NCBI GenBank assembly: GCA_045617125.1
Contig: JAZLIA010000027.1
Span: 1 to 28,033 of the forward strand
Direction: 5' to 3'
Source: Clostridia bacterium
Lineage (GTDB): Bacteria; Bacillota; Clostridia; Christensenellales; Aristaeellaceae
Length of the DNA: 28,033 nucleotides
This document shows positions 1 to 8,752 of this stretch, one piece after another (positions within the stretch are counted from its first letter, which is position 1; every line of letters begins with the position of its first letter). The notes beneath the pieces were generated by a model. That model ran no database searches. It was given only the letters and a program-made list of their open reading frames with translations, and had not been told where the DNA came from. A program made the translations under genes and the position numbers.

Positions 1-1239
1 AATGACGGGCACCAGCGCGCGCTCCGCCAGCGCGCCATGACCGATCTCGCGGCGGTTGGGGCTGCGCAGACGCCCTGCCTCGCCGGTCGCGTAGGAGGGC
101 ATATTGTACTGGTGCATATAACGCTTGGTCTCTTCGTTGGACAGGCCATCCAGCTGCTGCGCTTCGGACACCATGCCCAGCGTGGTGATGGTGAGCGCCT
201 GCGTTTCGCCGCGGGTGAAGATCGCGCTGCCGTGAGTGCGGGGCAGAACGCCCACTTCGCACCAGATGGGGCGGACTTCTTCAAGGGTGCGGCCGTCGGC
301 ACGGATGCCTTCGTCCAAGATCTTGCGGCGCATCACTTCTTTGTTCAGGTAATACAGGGCATCCTGTACCTCAGCATCCCGCTCGGGGAAGATGTCGGCG
401 AAATGCTCGCCCACTTCCTGCTGCACCTGAGCGTCGCGAGCCTGGCGCTCCTTGCGCACGGTGGTGGAATACACCCATTTGCATTTATCCAGCGCGTACT
501 CACGGACGGCGGCCTTCACATCGTCTCCGGTGGTGATCAGCGGGAAATCGGACTTGGGTTTGCCGATCTCGGCGGTGATCATTTCCTGCCATTCAACCAA
601 CTGCTTGATGAAGGTGTGGCCATAAAGAATGGCGTCCATCATCGCGTCTTCGCTTACTTCCTTGGCACCGGCTTCCACCATCATGATGGCATCCTTGGTG
701 CCTGCGACGGTCACGTGCATATCGGAAGCGGCTTCCTGGGCCTCGGTGGGGTTGATGATGAACTCACCGTTCACACGGGCCACCACCACAGCGGCGGTAG
801 GACCGCCCCAGGGGATGTTGCTGATCATCAGCGCGATGGAGGAACCCAGCATGGCGGGAAATTCCGGGGGAGTGTCGGGATCCACAGACAGGGTCTGCGC
901 GACCACCTGAACGTCGTTGCGCATGCCTTTGTTGAAAAGGGGACGCAGGGGACGGTCGATCAGACGGCAGGTCAGGGTGGCCTTTTCGGTGGGCCGGCCT
1001 TCACGCTTGATGAAACCGCCGGGGATCTTACCTACGGCATACTGCTTCTCTTCAAAGTCCACGGTGAGTGGGAAAAAATCCACCCCCTCACGGGGAGCAT
1101 CGGAGGCGGTGGCGTTCACCAGCACCACGGTTTCACCGTAGCGCACCAGGGCGCTTCCGCCCGCCTGTTGGGCATACTTGCCGAATTCAAGAGTAAGAGT
1201 GCGTCCCGCGAATTCCATTGAGTACGATTTGTAGTCCAT
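1..1239 (-). CDS. pnp: Polynucleotide phosphorylase (PNPase), first 413 codons; gene continues beyond the left edge
   Basis: My own reverse-complement translation from the ATG at 1239 (GAGGAG 9 nt upstream) gives MDYKSYSMEFAGRTLTLEFGKYAQQAGGSALVRYGETVVLV...FFPLTVDFEEKQYAVGKIPGGFIKREGRPTEKATLTCRLIDRPLRPLF..., a classic PNPase N-terminus. The frame stays open to base 1. It is absent from the ORF track because it has no in-window stop. The 37..1221 + ORF is its antisense shadow. Confidence 0.95.
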   Translation of the reverse strand, partial: MDYKSYSMEFAGRTLTLEFGKYAQQAGGSALVRYGETVVLVNATASDAPREGVDFFPLTVDFEEKQYAVGKIPGGFIKREGRPTEKATLTCRLIDRPLRPLFNKGMRNDVQVVAQTLSVDPDTPPEFPAMLGSSIALMISNIPWGGPTAAVVVARVNGEFIINPTEAQEAASDMHVTVAGTKDAIMMVEAGAKEVSEDAMMDAILYGHTFIKQLVEWQEMITAEIGKPKSDFPLITTGDDVKAAVREYALDKCKWVYSTTVRKERQARDAQVQQEVGEHFADIFPERDAEVQDALYYLNKEVMRRKILDEGIRADGRTLEEVRPIWCEVGVLPRTHGSAIFTRGETQALTITTLGMVSEAQQLDGLSNEETKRYMHQYNMPSYATGEAGRLRSPNRREIGHGALAERALVPVI

Positions 1240-1323
1240 TTTTTTCTTCTCCTCACACACACACAGTTCTCAGGGCCCCTGCCCCGGGAACGATTATCAT
1301 CCGCCCGCAATATGCGGCGGACA

Positions 1324-1361
1324 GACAAAAGGCTACCGGTGGTCGGTTACCGCCGATAGCC
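1324..1361 (-). terminator. rpsO terminator / pnp leader hairpin
   Basis: On the minus strand, GGCTATCGGCGGTAACCGACCACCGGTAGCC (11 pairs including one G-U plus one mismatch, 7-nt loop; 1331-1361) is followed by TTTTGT. It lies 9 nt after the rpsO stop, in the position of the well-known rpsO-pnp intercistronic hairpin. Confidence 0.6.
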
Positions 1362-1369
1362 TGATGTTT

Positions 1370-1633
1370 TTACTTGCGCAGACCCAGCTTGGCGATCAGA
1401 GCACGATAGCGCTCGATGTCGGTCTTGCGGAGATATTCGAGCAGACCGCGGCGTTGACCAACCATCAGCAGAAGACCGCGACGGGAATGATGGTCCTTCT
1501 TGTTGAGCTTGAGATGCTCGTTCAGGTGGTTGATGCGTTCGGTGAGCAGAGCGACCTGCACTTCGGGAGAACCGGTGTCTCCTTCATGACGGGCATACTC
1601 TTTCATGATGCTGGCTTTCAGTTCCTTATCCAT
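1370..1633 (-). CDS. rpsO: 30S ribosomal protein S15
   Basis: The 87-aa product [68 protein letters not shown]... is an unmistakable S15. GGAGG lies 7 nt upstream of the ATG, and the gene sits upstream of pnp as in most bacteria. Confidence 0.97.
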   Translation of the reverse strand: MDKELKASIMKEYARHEGDTGSPEVQVALLTERINHLNEHLKLNKKDHHSRRGLLLMVGQRRGLLEYLRKTDIERYRALIAKLGLRK

Positions 1634-1758
1634 GGTGGTTCCTCCTTCTTATTGCGCTTATTGCGCTTTCGGGGGTGGCTGCCCCAAATCGCCCTCAAAC
1701 ACAGACTGCCGTTGGAGTCGCGGCGGCCCGAGCCCGGGGTTTTTTAGCCACAAGGAAG

Positions 1759-1787
1759 ATTATAACATGGCGGGAAGGATTTGTAAA
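1759..1787 (-). promoter_or_regulatory. Putative SigA-type promoter of rpsO
   Basis: The minus strand reads TTTACA-17 nt-TATAAT (-35 at 1782-1787, -10 at 1759-1764). This would give a leader of about 120 nt before the rpsO ATG. Confidence 0.5.
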
Positions 1788-1822
1788 CCGAAATTTTAAG
1801 GAATAATCGAGTCGATCAGCAA

Positions 1823-2770
1823 TCAATCAGCGGTTCCTTCATATTCGAAAATGCTTTTTCCCCATATTGTAAATTCTTCGGCTTCCAGGTCCTTATTGTA
1901 TTCATATTTCGTAAGCAGCTTTTCTCCGCTTTCGTCATATTCGTAAACCGTTTTGTACAGGATGTGCACATAGGTGTAGTATTCCTCTATGGTGCTGCCT
2001 TTGTCGTTGTATGTATACGCTACGGTAAAATGCCATGCCCAGTCCTGAGACTCGTTATCGTAATAATACATACTTGCTTCTTTTAGCAGATCCCCGTCAT
2101 ATTCATAAACGATCTTTTCGCCTGCATTATCGGTAAAAGACTCGTAGTATGTTTCTCTGCCCTGATCGTCAAGCTCGATCGTTGTCGTCAGGGATGCATC
2201 CTGTGCTTTTTCGCTGATCGCTTTTGTATGGATCGAAACCGGAGTATCAAAATCACCCTTGTAGGTGTATACGGTTTCCGTATACAGTTCAAATTCGGAG
2301 GATCCGTCGTCACATACATACTGGACGGTTTTGACAGGGCGGTTCCTGCTGTCGTTTTCGTAAACGGTATAGGAAGTCAATATCGATTCATTGTTAACGG
2401 ATGTATATGTTTCCGCCTTAACCAGTGTGCCGTTTTCGTATGTATAAACGACACGTTCACTCACCTCTTCGGGGGCGGCGGTGTATGTGCTTAATTCCAG
2501 TATGCAGCCCTGATCGTCGTAATCTGACTCAATGACTTCGCTGAGGACTTTCTCCCCATTTTCGTCTACGATATAGTATACCTCTTTTGTAACATTGCCG
2601 GCTGCGTCATATTCATATTCGCAACGGGAATCATACACCCCCTCATAGAAATAATCATAGGCTTTCGGAAGATCCTTCGTTAGATCTTCCGTTTCAGCGC
2701 AGCCGCTGAAAACGGTCAGCGCGATCACCGCGAGGATGGAAAACACTGCAGTACATTTCATTTTTCTCAT
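1823..2770 (-). CDS. Secreted lipoprotein with YD-like Tyr/Asp-rich repeats (function unknown)
   Basis: The signal peptide has a lipobox (MRKMKCTAVFSILAVIALTVFSGC). The mature part is acidic and Tyr-rich, with recurring YxYD/YxYE..G...E.Y units (YEYDAAGNVTKEVYY, YTYENGTLVKAETY, YEYDGDLLKEASMYYYD, YEYDESGEKLLTKYEY). Confidence 0.8.
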   Translation of the reverse strand: MRKMKCTAVFSILAVIALTVFSGCAETEDLTKDLPKAYDYFYEGVYDSRCEYEYDAAGNVTKEVYYIVDENGEKVLSEVIESDYDDQGCILELSTYTAAPEEVSERVVYTYENGTLVKAETYTSVNNESILTSYTVYENDSRNRPVKTVQYVCDDGSSEFELYTETVYTYKGDFDTPVSIHTKAISEKAQDASLTTTIELDDQGRETYYESFTDNAGEKIVYEYDGDLLKEASMYYYDNESQDWAWHFTVAYTYNDKGSTIEEYYTYVHILYKTVYEYDESGEKLLTKYEYNKDLEAEEFTIWGKSIFEYEGTAD

Positions 2771-2898
2771 TTTTCCACACTTTCTGCCGCAGATATCCGG
2801 GCGTTTTTTTATATTATACCACTTTTCGGAAGGTATTCAATTATGTTTAGAAGATAGATGGATGAGAACTTGTGAGAAATTGCAATATAGAAAAATAC

Positions 2899-2927
2899 TT
2901 GCAGCAGTTTGTGGTTGTTGATATAAT
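2899..2927 (+). promoter_or_regulatory. Putative promoter of the sugar ABC operon
   Basis: TTGCAG-17 nt-TATAAT (2899-2904 and 2922-2927), 47 nt upstream of the binding-protein ATG. Confidence 0.5.
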
Positions 2928-2973
2928 TATATGAATCCGGATTGCCGGACAAAATATGACAGGAGGAAAAAAG

Positions 2974-4227
2974 ATGAAGAAGATCCTTGCTTTACTTCTG
3001 GCTTTAACCTTGTTTTTGGGTCTGGCTCCCGTGTTTGCCCAAGAGTATGAGGAAGTTACCCTGACTGTTGGCTCCATCTGGTCCGCTGAGACCGAATCCA
3101 ACCGTGCTCCTTTCCTTAAGACTATCGAAGAATTTGAAGCAGCTTATCCCTGGATCCATCTGGAAATCGATTGGAACGAAGCCAATGCCTGGAAAGAGAA
3201 GGGCGAAACGCTTGCTCTGTCTGACAGCCTGCCTGATGTGTTCTATTGGAATGCTGGCGGTGTGCTGTGGAATCTGGTCGGCAGCGGTGATATTCTTGCG
3301 CTGAACGATTATCTGACCGATGACATCAAGGCCCGCATCGAAAGCGGCACCCTGACCGATATGACCTTCGATGGCAAGGTCTATCAGTTGCCCTACACCA
3401 AGGCTTGCTCCATGCTGTACTGCAACACCGAGCTGTTCGACAAGTATGGCGTGAAGATCCCCGAGACTTGGGAGGAACTGCTGACTGCCGTTGAAACTTT
3501 CAAGACTGCCGGTATTACCCCCATGGCCGTTGGCGGAGGCGATCAGTGGCCGACCAGTATGTACACTGATATCATCACGCTGCGTTTTGCCGGTGATGCC
3601 GCCTGCCGCGCCGCCTACTACAAGACCGAAGGCGCTACCTTTAAGACGCAGGATTGGGTTGATGGCATGAATGCTTTCATCCAGCTGATCGACATGGGTG
3701 CTTTCCCAGACAACGCTGCTTCCTTGACTCGTGACGAGAGTGAAGTTCCCTATTTTTCCGGCGAGATCCCCATGTATGTGCATGGTCAGTGGTTTGCGGG
3801 CTCCCTGTCCCCCGAAATGCAGCAGAAGGTGAAGGCTGTCAAGTTCCCCGCCGTTGGCAAGGGCTATGACAACCAGATGATGGGCGGCGCTGCCGAAGGT
3901 TTTTGCGTGTCCTCTTATACGCAGCATCCTGACGAAGCTTTCCTGGCTTGCCAGTTCTTTGCCGAAGGTCTGTCCAGGAACGGCTTCATTGCCGGTGCCG
4001 GACTGCCTGCCTGGAAGTATGACTTTAGCGCTTACACCGACATCAACCCCGTGATGAAGCAGATCGTGGATGAGACTTCCACTGCCGAATCCTTCCTGTT
4101 GTGGGGCAACACCGCTCTGACTGGCGATGACGCCGTGTTGATCGGTGACACCGTGTTCGATGTGCTGAAGGGCGAAATGACCGCTGAAGAATGGTGCGAT
4201 GAAATGGAGACCATCTTCGCCAAGTAA
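2974..4227 (+). CDS. ABC transporter extracellular solute-binding protein (family 1, carbohydrate/CUT1 type)
   Basis: The track ORF is 2956..4227. I prefer the ATG at 2974 because AGGAGG (2961-2966) sits 7 nt upstream of it. The signal peptide is MKKILALLLALTLFLGLAPVFAQE. It has no lipobox Cys, so it looks like a SPase I site or an uncleaved anchor. Size and content are typical of sugar binding proteins, and two CUT1 permeases follow. Confidence 0.9.
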   Translation: MKKILALLLALTLFLGLAPVFAQEYEEVTLTVGSIWSAETESNRAPFLKTIEEFEAAYPWIHLEIDWNEANAWKEKGETLALSDSLPDVFYWNAGGVLWNLVGSGDILALNDYLTDDIKARIESGTLTDMTFDGKVYQLPYTKACSMLYCNTELFDKYGVKIPETWEELLTAVETFKTAGITPMAVGGGDQWPTSMYTDIITLRFAGDAACRAAYYKTEGATFKTQDWVDGMNAFIQLIDMGAFPDNAASLTRDESEVPYFSGEIPMYVHGQWFAGSLSPEMQQKVKAVKFPAVGKGYDNQMMGGAAEGFCVSSYTQHPDEAFLACQFFAEGLSRNGFIAGAGLPAWKYDFSAYTDINPVMKQIVDETSTAESFLLWGNTALTGDDAVLIGDTVFDVLKGEMTAEEWCDEMETIFAK

Positions 4228-4243
4228 TTTCTGACCTCATCGT

Positions 4244-4277
4244 GGGAGGATGACGGTTATCCGTCATCCTCCCTTTT
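4244..4277 (+). terminator. Intra-operon hairpin with U-tract (partial terminator after the binding-protein gene)
   Basis: GGGAGGATGACGG-TTAT-CCGTCATCCTCCC (13-bp perfect stem) followed by TTTT. This is a common arrangement that gives excess binding-protein mRNA relative to permease mRNA. Confidence 0.65.
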
Positions 4278-4304
4278 AGGAATATGCGATAAGGAGACCT
4301 GGCT

Positions 4305-5213
4305 ATGAAGCGCGTTTTATCGAATAAGTGGAGCATCATTATCTTTGTAATGCCGACCCTGGTGTTCTTCACTTATATTGTAACTATTCCCATTATCAAG
4401 AGCGTCTGGTACAGCCTGCTCAATGAGATCCCCGCCATATCAAAAGATTCTCACTTTGTGGGGTTGGAAAATTTCATCAAGCTATTTACGCCCGGCCGTC
4501 GCAACGATTTCCCCGGCAGCGTGGTCAATTCCATGCTGTACGCGGCGCTGTCTGTGTTTGTGCAGCTGCCATTCTCGCTCTTTATTGCCTTGTTGATCGC
4601 CAATGGTGTCAAGGGTGATAACTTCTACCGTAATGTGTTCTTCATTCCGGTGATCATTTCTTCCGTGGTTGTGAGTATGCTGTGGCAGCGCATCTACAAG
4701 GACATCCTGCCTGCCGCTCTGCAGATGGTAGGACTGAAGGAGCCACGCAATGGCTTTCTGGCTAACTCGGACACCAAAATGTGGGCTGTGTTTATTCCCA
4801 GCCTGTGGCAGTATGTGGGCTATCATATGCTGCTGATGTACGGAGCGCTGCGTTCCATTCCGACCGATGTGATCGAGGCGGCTACGGTGGATGGCGCATC
4901 CAAGCTGCGTATGGCTTTGTCCATTCAGATTCCTATGATCAAACCGATGCTGAAGGTATGTCTTTCGTTCTCGCTGATCGGTTCCTTCAAGCTGTTTGAT
5001 ACACCCTGGGTATTGCTTGGCCACAACGCCAAGGACCTGCCAGCCCTGTATATGTATGTAACGATGTTCTCCAGTCACAAATATAGTCTGGCCAGTTCAG
5101 CTGCGATTTTTATCGTGATCGAGTGCCTATTGTTTACTGTGCTGCTGAATATCATTTTCAGTGAGCGGGACGATCACGGCTTGAGGATCAGAAGGAGGCT
5201 TGGCAGAACATGA
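4305..5213 (+). CDS. Sugar ABC transporter permease (MalF/UgpA-like)
   Basis: Polytopic membrane protein with an EAA loop (EAATVDGASKLRMALSIQIPMIKP). AAGGAG lies 8 nt upstream. Confidence 0.9.
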   Translation: MKRVLSNKWSIIIFVMPTLVFFTYIVTIPIIKSVWYSLLNEIPAISKDSHFVGLENFIKLFTPGRRNDFPGSVVNSMLYAALSVFVQLPFSLFIALLIANGVKGDNFYRNVFFIPVIISSVVVSMLWQRIYKDILPAALQMVGLKEPRNGFLANSDTKMWAVFIPSLWQYVGYHMLLMYGALRSIPTDVIEAATVDGASKLRMALSIQIPMIKPMLKVCLSFSLIGSFKLFDTPWVLLGHNAKDLPALYMYVTMFSSHKYSLASSAAIFIVIECLLFTVLLNIIFSERDDHGLRIRRRLGRT

Positions 5214-6034
5214 AGAAAAAGCATTCTGTAAGCAAAATTCTTTGTCAGGTTTTTCTGATCCTTTGGCTGATCGTCTGCTTGTTCCCGCTGTACTATATGT
5301 TCACCTTCTCACTAAAGGATACCAACGAGATCATGAACGTAAATATGCTGGGTTTGCCGCGTCAGTGGCTGTTTTCCAACTACGCGGTTGCGTGGGGCGC
5401 TGGACATATCAGCCTGTATCTGCTTAACAGTGTCATCGACACAGCTGTCACGCTGTTCTTTACCAGTCTGCTTGGCTTCATGAGTGCTTATGGGCTGTTG
5501 CGCATGCGCTGGAAAGGACAGAAGGCGGCGATGATTTACATCATGATGGGCATGATGATCCCCATGCACGCGGTGCTGTATCCGCTGACAGAAACGCTGC
5601 TGCCCCTGACGAGGACGCATCTGTCACTGATCATTCCCTACATTGCTTTCAACTTGCCAATCACCATTCTGATCATCTCCGGTTTCATCACCAGCATTCC
5701 GTTCGAAATGGAAGAAGCGGCTTTTATAGACGGTTGTAGTATTTATCGTACGGCCTTCACCATTATCCTGCCCATGCTGATGCCGGCGATCTCCACGGCG
5801 GCGATTTTCGTATTCTTGCAGGTGTGGAACGAGTTGCTGCTGGCCTCCGTGCTGACAACCGACAAGGTTCGCACGCTGACCGTCGGTATCAAGCAGATGA
5901 GCGGCCAGTATCAGACCGATTACGGCCCAATGGGTGCCGGTCTGGTCATCGCGACTCTGCCCACGCTGATCCTGTACTGCTGCATGAGCGGCCAGGTGCA
6001 GAAGAGCCTGGTTTCCGGTTCCGTAAAGGGCTGA
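5210..6034 (+). CDS. Sugar ABC transporter permease (MalG/UgpE-like)
   Basis: ATGA start/stop overlap with the preceding permease. EAA loop EAAFIDGCSIYRTAFTIILPMLMP. No ATPase gene follows. Confidence 0.9.
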   Translation: MKKKHSVSKILCQVFLILWLIVCLFPLYYMFTFSLKDTNEIMNVNMLGLPRQWLFSNYAVAWGAGHISLYLLNSVIDTAVTLFFTSLLGFMSAYGLLRMRWKGQKAAMIYIMMGMMIPMHAVLYPLTETLLPLTRTHLSLIIPYIAFNLPITILIISGFITSIPFEMEEAAFIDGCSIYRTAFTIILPMLMPAISTAAIFVFLQVWNELLLASVLTTDKVRTLTVGIKQMSGQYQTDYGPMGAGLVIATLPTLILYCCMSGQVQKSLVSGSVKG

Positions 6035-6342
6035 TCCTTTATGCAATGTTTTCATTGCACGTATTGTCCTGTCTGTTGGTTTTCTGAGATCAATTTACCG
6101 CACTGACTGTGAATTTGCTGGTAGTGCGTCAAAAGCCGTTTTTCTGCGCACATTGCCTGAATGATCTTGTAGCTAAATAGGGGGGAGATGGTAAGGACCT
6201 CGCCCCTCCTATTGCTCTGTGCATATGGGTCTCGTATACGGTGCTGCATCGTAACAGGGTTTCAAGTTTCACTCAGATGGTGCTCAGAGTACACTCCAAC
6301 CCACAAAACATAAGAAAAACAATATGTTAGCGGTATATATGG

Positions 6343-7290
6343 TTATAAATAGAAGTCCAGAACAAGATCCATGTTTTCATCCGAGTACTCAATCTCACAG
6401 GAATACAGGCGGCAGATCTCTGCGGCAGCTTCATCGGTAAGCTGACCGGAACGCTGTTTTTCACGGACCCACATGCAACGGATCAAATGCAGAAACATGA
6501 GGCACATCCGCATGCGGCCGGAAAGGTCCTGATCCTCCAGGGCACCCGGAAGATGCCGGGAAAACAGATACACGGCAAGCTGTTCAGAAAGCAGATCGGG
6601 CAGGGCGCCCAATTCGTTTTCATTGGGAGGAGGGGAGGAAAGAAGGGCATTCAATTGCCCGGTCCAGGCTTCGTCCATTCTTTCCAGCGTGAGCAGGAAA
6701 GCGGCAAAGCCGGCGGTGTCAATGGGGACGGGCAGCTCCGCATAGTCACAAAGCAGTTGAAAACGCGTTTTGAAGGGGCAGGAACGATCCTGGGCAAGGT
6801 GAATCATCTTTTGCCGCACGGAAAGAAGCAGCTGTTCTTCTTCAGATGGGGGAAGGGCTTCTCCCCCGTCATCGGCGTTCCAGAGGACCCACTCTGTTTT
6901 CTCCGGTTGGGTCAGAATGATCCGGGCGGCTTCCTCACAGCACATCCCCAGCCCGGTTTCGATTTGGCCCGAAAAAAAGCTGCGGTAGCGGGGATGATCC
7001 CGGCAGATATCACACAGAATATCTTCCCCTTCCCGGCAGATCAGCTCGCACAGGCCGTCAGTACGCAGGAAGGGGCAGCGTTCGTCCTTAGTCAGACGGA
7101 AACAGGCGCTTTCCTCATCGGTTTGGATGTTCTGCCGAAGCAGTTTCCCGGTCTCGCCGGGAAAGGAACGGTATTTTCGGTAAGAGACGGGGTCGATATC
7201 CACTTCCCAGCCTTTGCAGCAGGAATGACGGCATTTTCCTGCCAGGCAGGCGAAACGCTCATAGTAATCCGGTACCCATATTTCCATCAA
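6343..7290 (-). CDS. FliB-family (flagellin lysine-N-methylase-like) Cys-cluster protein
   Basis: The N-terminus YYERFACLAGKCRHSCCKGWEVDID plus CPFL...GLCELI...CDICRDHPR matches the CxxxCxxCC cysteine-cluster architecture of FliB/YkgJ-type proteins. GGAGG lies 7 nt upstream of the ATG at 7290. Confidence 0.7.
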   Translation of the reverse strand: MMEIWVPDYYERFACLAGKCRHSCCKGWEVDIDPVSYRKYRSFPGETGKLLRQNIQTDEESACFRLTKDERCPFLRTDGLCELICREGEDILCDICRDHPRYRSFFSGQIETGLGMCCEEAARIILTQPEKTEWVLWNADDGGEALPPSEEEQLLLSVRQKMIHLAQDRSCPFKTRFQLLCDYAELPVPIDTAGFAAFLLTLERMDEAWTGQLNALLSSPPPNENELGALPDLLSEQLAVYLFSRHLPGALEDQDLSGRMRMCLMFLHLIRCMWVREKQRSGQLTDEAAAEICRLYSCEIEYSDENMDLVLDFYL

Positions 7291-7397
7291 TACGCCTCCG
7301 CTTCTGCATAGGGTCGGGCCTGTCAGAAGCCCTTAGAAAGAATCGTTTCGGTCAGGAAAAACGGAGAGGGAAAACCCGTTTGCGTAAAACGCTTCGT

Positions 7398-8480
7398 TTA
7401 TGGGATCAGGATGACCTTCAATGCTTCCTGTGTCTGGGCGACCCGATAGGCTTCCTTCCATTCAGTCAGAGGGAAGCGGTGCGTGATCACCCCGTTCACA
7501 GCGATCCTGCCCGCGCCGATCTCCTCTATCACCCTTTCATAGCAGTGAGGACTGAGTTGAGAGCCGTGGATGGTGATCTCTTTGGCATCGCCGATCAGGC
7601 TCCAGTCGATTGTGGAGGTTCCGCTCATGACAGAAAACTCGACAAAGTTCCCTCCCTTGCGGATCATGTCCAGCCCCTGCTGAACGGCGGACGGATGCCC
7701 TGTCGCTTCAATATAGATATCACAGCCTACGCCCTCTGTAAGACGGAGGACCTCGCTGAGCGCGTCCTGCTTTCCGGGGTTGAGAACGGTGTCTGCTCCG
7801 AATTCCTTTGCTTTTTTCAGACGGCTATCCATCATGTCAAGCACGATCAACTGTTTATATTGCCGTGTTTTCAGTGCCTGTATCATACCAAGCCCGAGCG
7901 TTCCGGCCCCGGCAAGGACGATCGTGTCCCCCTCATGCGGGTCGGCTTGATCGATCGCGTGCATTGAGCAGGCAAAAGGCTCGATCAGGCAGGCTTGCTC
8001 AACCGTGAAGGAATCCGGCACGTGATAATTGATGGAGCCTTTGGGCAAAACAGCATATTCCGCCATGCCACCGTTATGATGATATTTGAAGCCGTATACG
8101 TTGTGCGGGTCACACAGCCAGTACATGCCGCGCTTGCAGTACCAGCATTCCCCGCATGGGACGATCTGCTCCGATATGATACGGTCGCCCGGATGAAAAT
8201 CGCCCGGAACAACGCCGTTTACCTTTATCACCCGTCCGAAAAATTCGTGGCCGGGAATGAAAGGAGGCTCGCAGAACCCCGGCATTCCGTCTCCGCCCCA
8301 GAAACGGGCTGTTCCGTGAGAGGCCTTGATATCTCCCGCACAGATCCCGCAGGCTTCAACTCGGATCAGGATATCTCCTTCTTTCGGTTCGGGAACAGGG
8401 ATCTCCTCAAGGGCGTAATCCGTTCTTCCGGAAACTACCAGTGCTTTCATATAAGCGGGGATTTCAGAATGTGCGTCCAT
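7398..8480 (-). CDS. Zn-dependent medium-chain dehydrogenase (polyol/sorbitol/threitol dehydrogenase-like)
   Basis: Motifs seen: GHEFFGRV, the structural-Zn motif CGECWYCKRG, and the Rossmann motif LAGAGTLGLG. The track start at 8498 is a TTG. The ATG at 8480 (MDAHSEIPAYMKALVV) with GAAAGG upstream looks more likely. Confidence 0.9.
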   Translation of the reverse strand: MDAHSEIPAYMKALVVSGRTDYALEEIPVPEPKEGDILIRVEACGICAGDIKASHGTARFWGGDGMPGFCEPPFIPGHEFFGRVIKVNGVVPGDFHPGDRIISEQIVPCGECWYCKRGMYWLCDPHNVYGFKYHHNGGMAEYAVLPKGSINYHVPDSFTVEQACLIEPFACSMHAIDQADPHEGDTIVLAGAGTLGLGMIQALKTRQYKQLIVLDMMDSRLKKAKEFGADTVLNPGKQDALSEVLRLTEGVGCDIYIEATGHPSAVQQGLDMIRKGGNFVEFSVMSGTSTIDWSLIGDAKEITIHGSQLSPHCYERVIEEIGAGRIAVNGVITHRFPLTEWKEAYRVAQTQEALKVILIP

Positions 8481-8684
8481 TTTAGTCGAACCTTTCAAAA
8501 TAGTGAAAAGCTGTATTATTCTGGTAAGCTTGCCGCTTTTATTCTATACGGAATGGCAGATCTGTCAAGCGGCCGGTTTTCCGCCAGGGGCGGCTGCAAG
8601 CGAAAAAGGAACGCTCCATAAGGGATCGCTTTGGTTCTCCTTTGAAAAGATCGAAAATTGCTTCGGATCCCTTTGAAAATCGGG

Positions 8685-8713
8685 TTGCGCTCCTCATGAA
8701 ACTATGATAAAAT
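8685..8713 (+). promoter_or_regulatory. Putative promoter of the ABC-2 exporter operon
   Basis: TTGCGC-17 nt-TAAAAT (8685-8690 and 8708-8713). Confidence 0.4.
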
Positions 8714-8724
8714 AATCCAGTTTT

Positions 8725-8752
8725 GCTGCGCTTTCTGATTCCGCAGCTTTTT
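8725..8752 (+). terminator. Leader hairpin plus U5 tract (possible attenuator) upstream of the ABC-2 operon
   Basis: GCTGCG-11 nt loop-CGCAGC followed by TTTTT, about 75 nt upstream of the ATPase ATG and just downstream of the putative -10. Confidence 0.45.

Noticed and set aside
37-1221. 394-aa ORF on the + strand.
   Set aside because: It is antisense to an unmistakable pnp coding sequence. The product is low-complexity and Gly/His/Ala-rich, and there is no RBS. This is a typical stop-poor shadow frame in GC-rich coding DNA.
3004-3927. 307-aa ORF on the - strand, inside the solute-binding protein gene.
   Set aside because: Antisense shadow ORF. It has no recognisable motifs, and the sense frame has clear family features and a signal peptide.
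6052-6249. 65-aa ORF on the - strand in the 308-bp convergent spacer.
   Set aside because: It has no RBS and no recognisable features, and it lies between two gene ends. I treated the region as non-coding.
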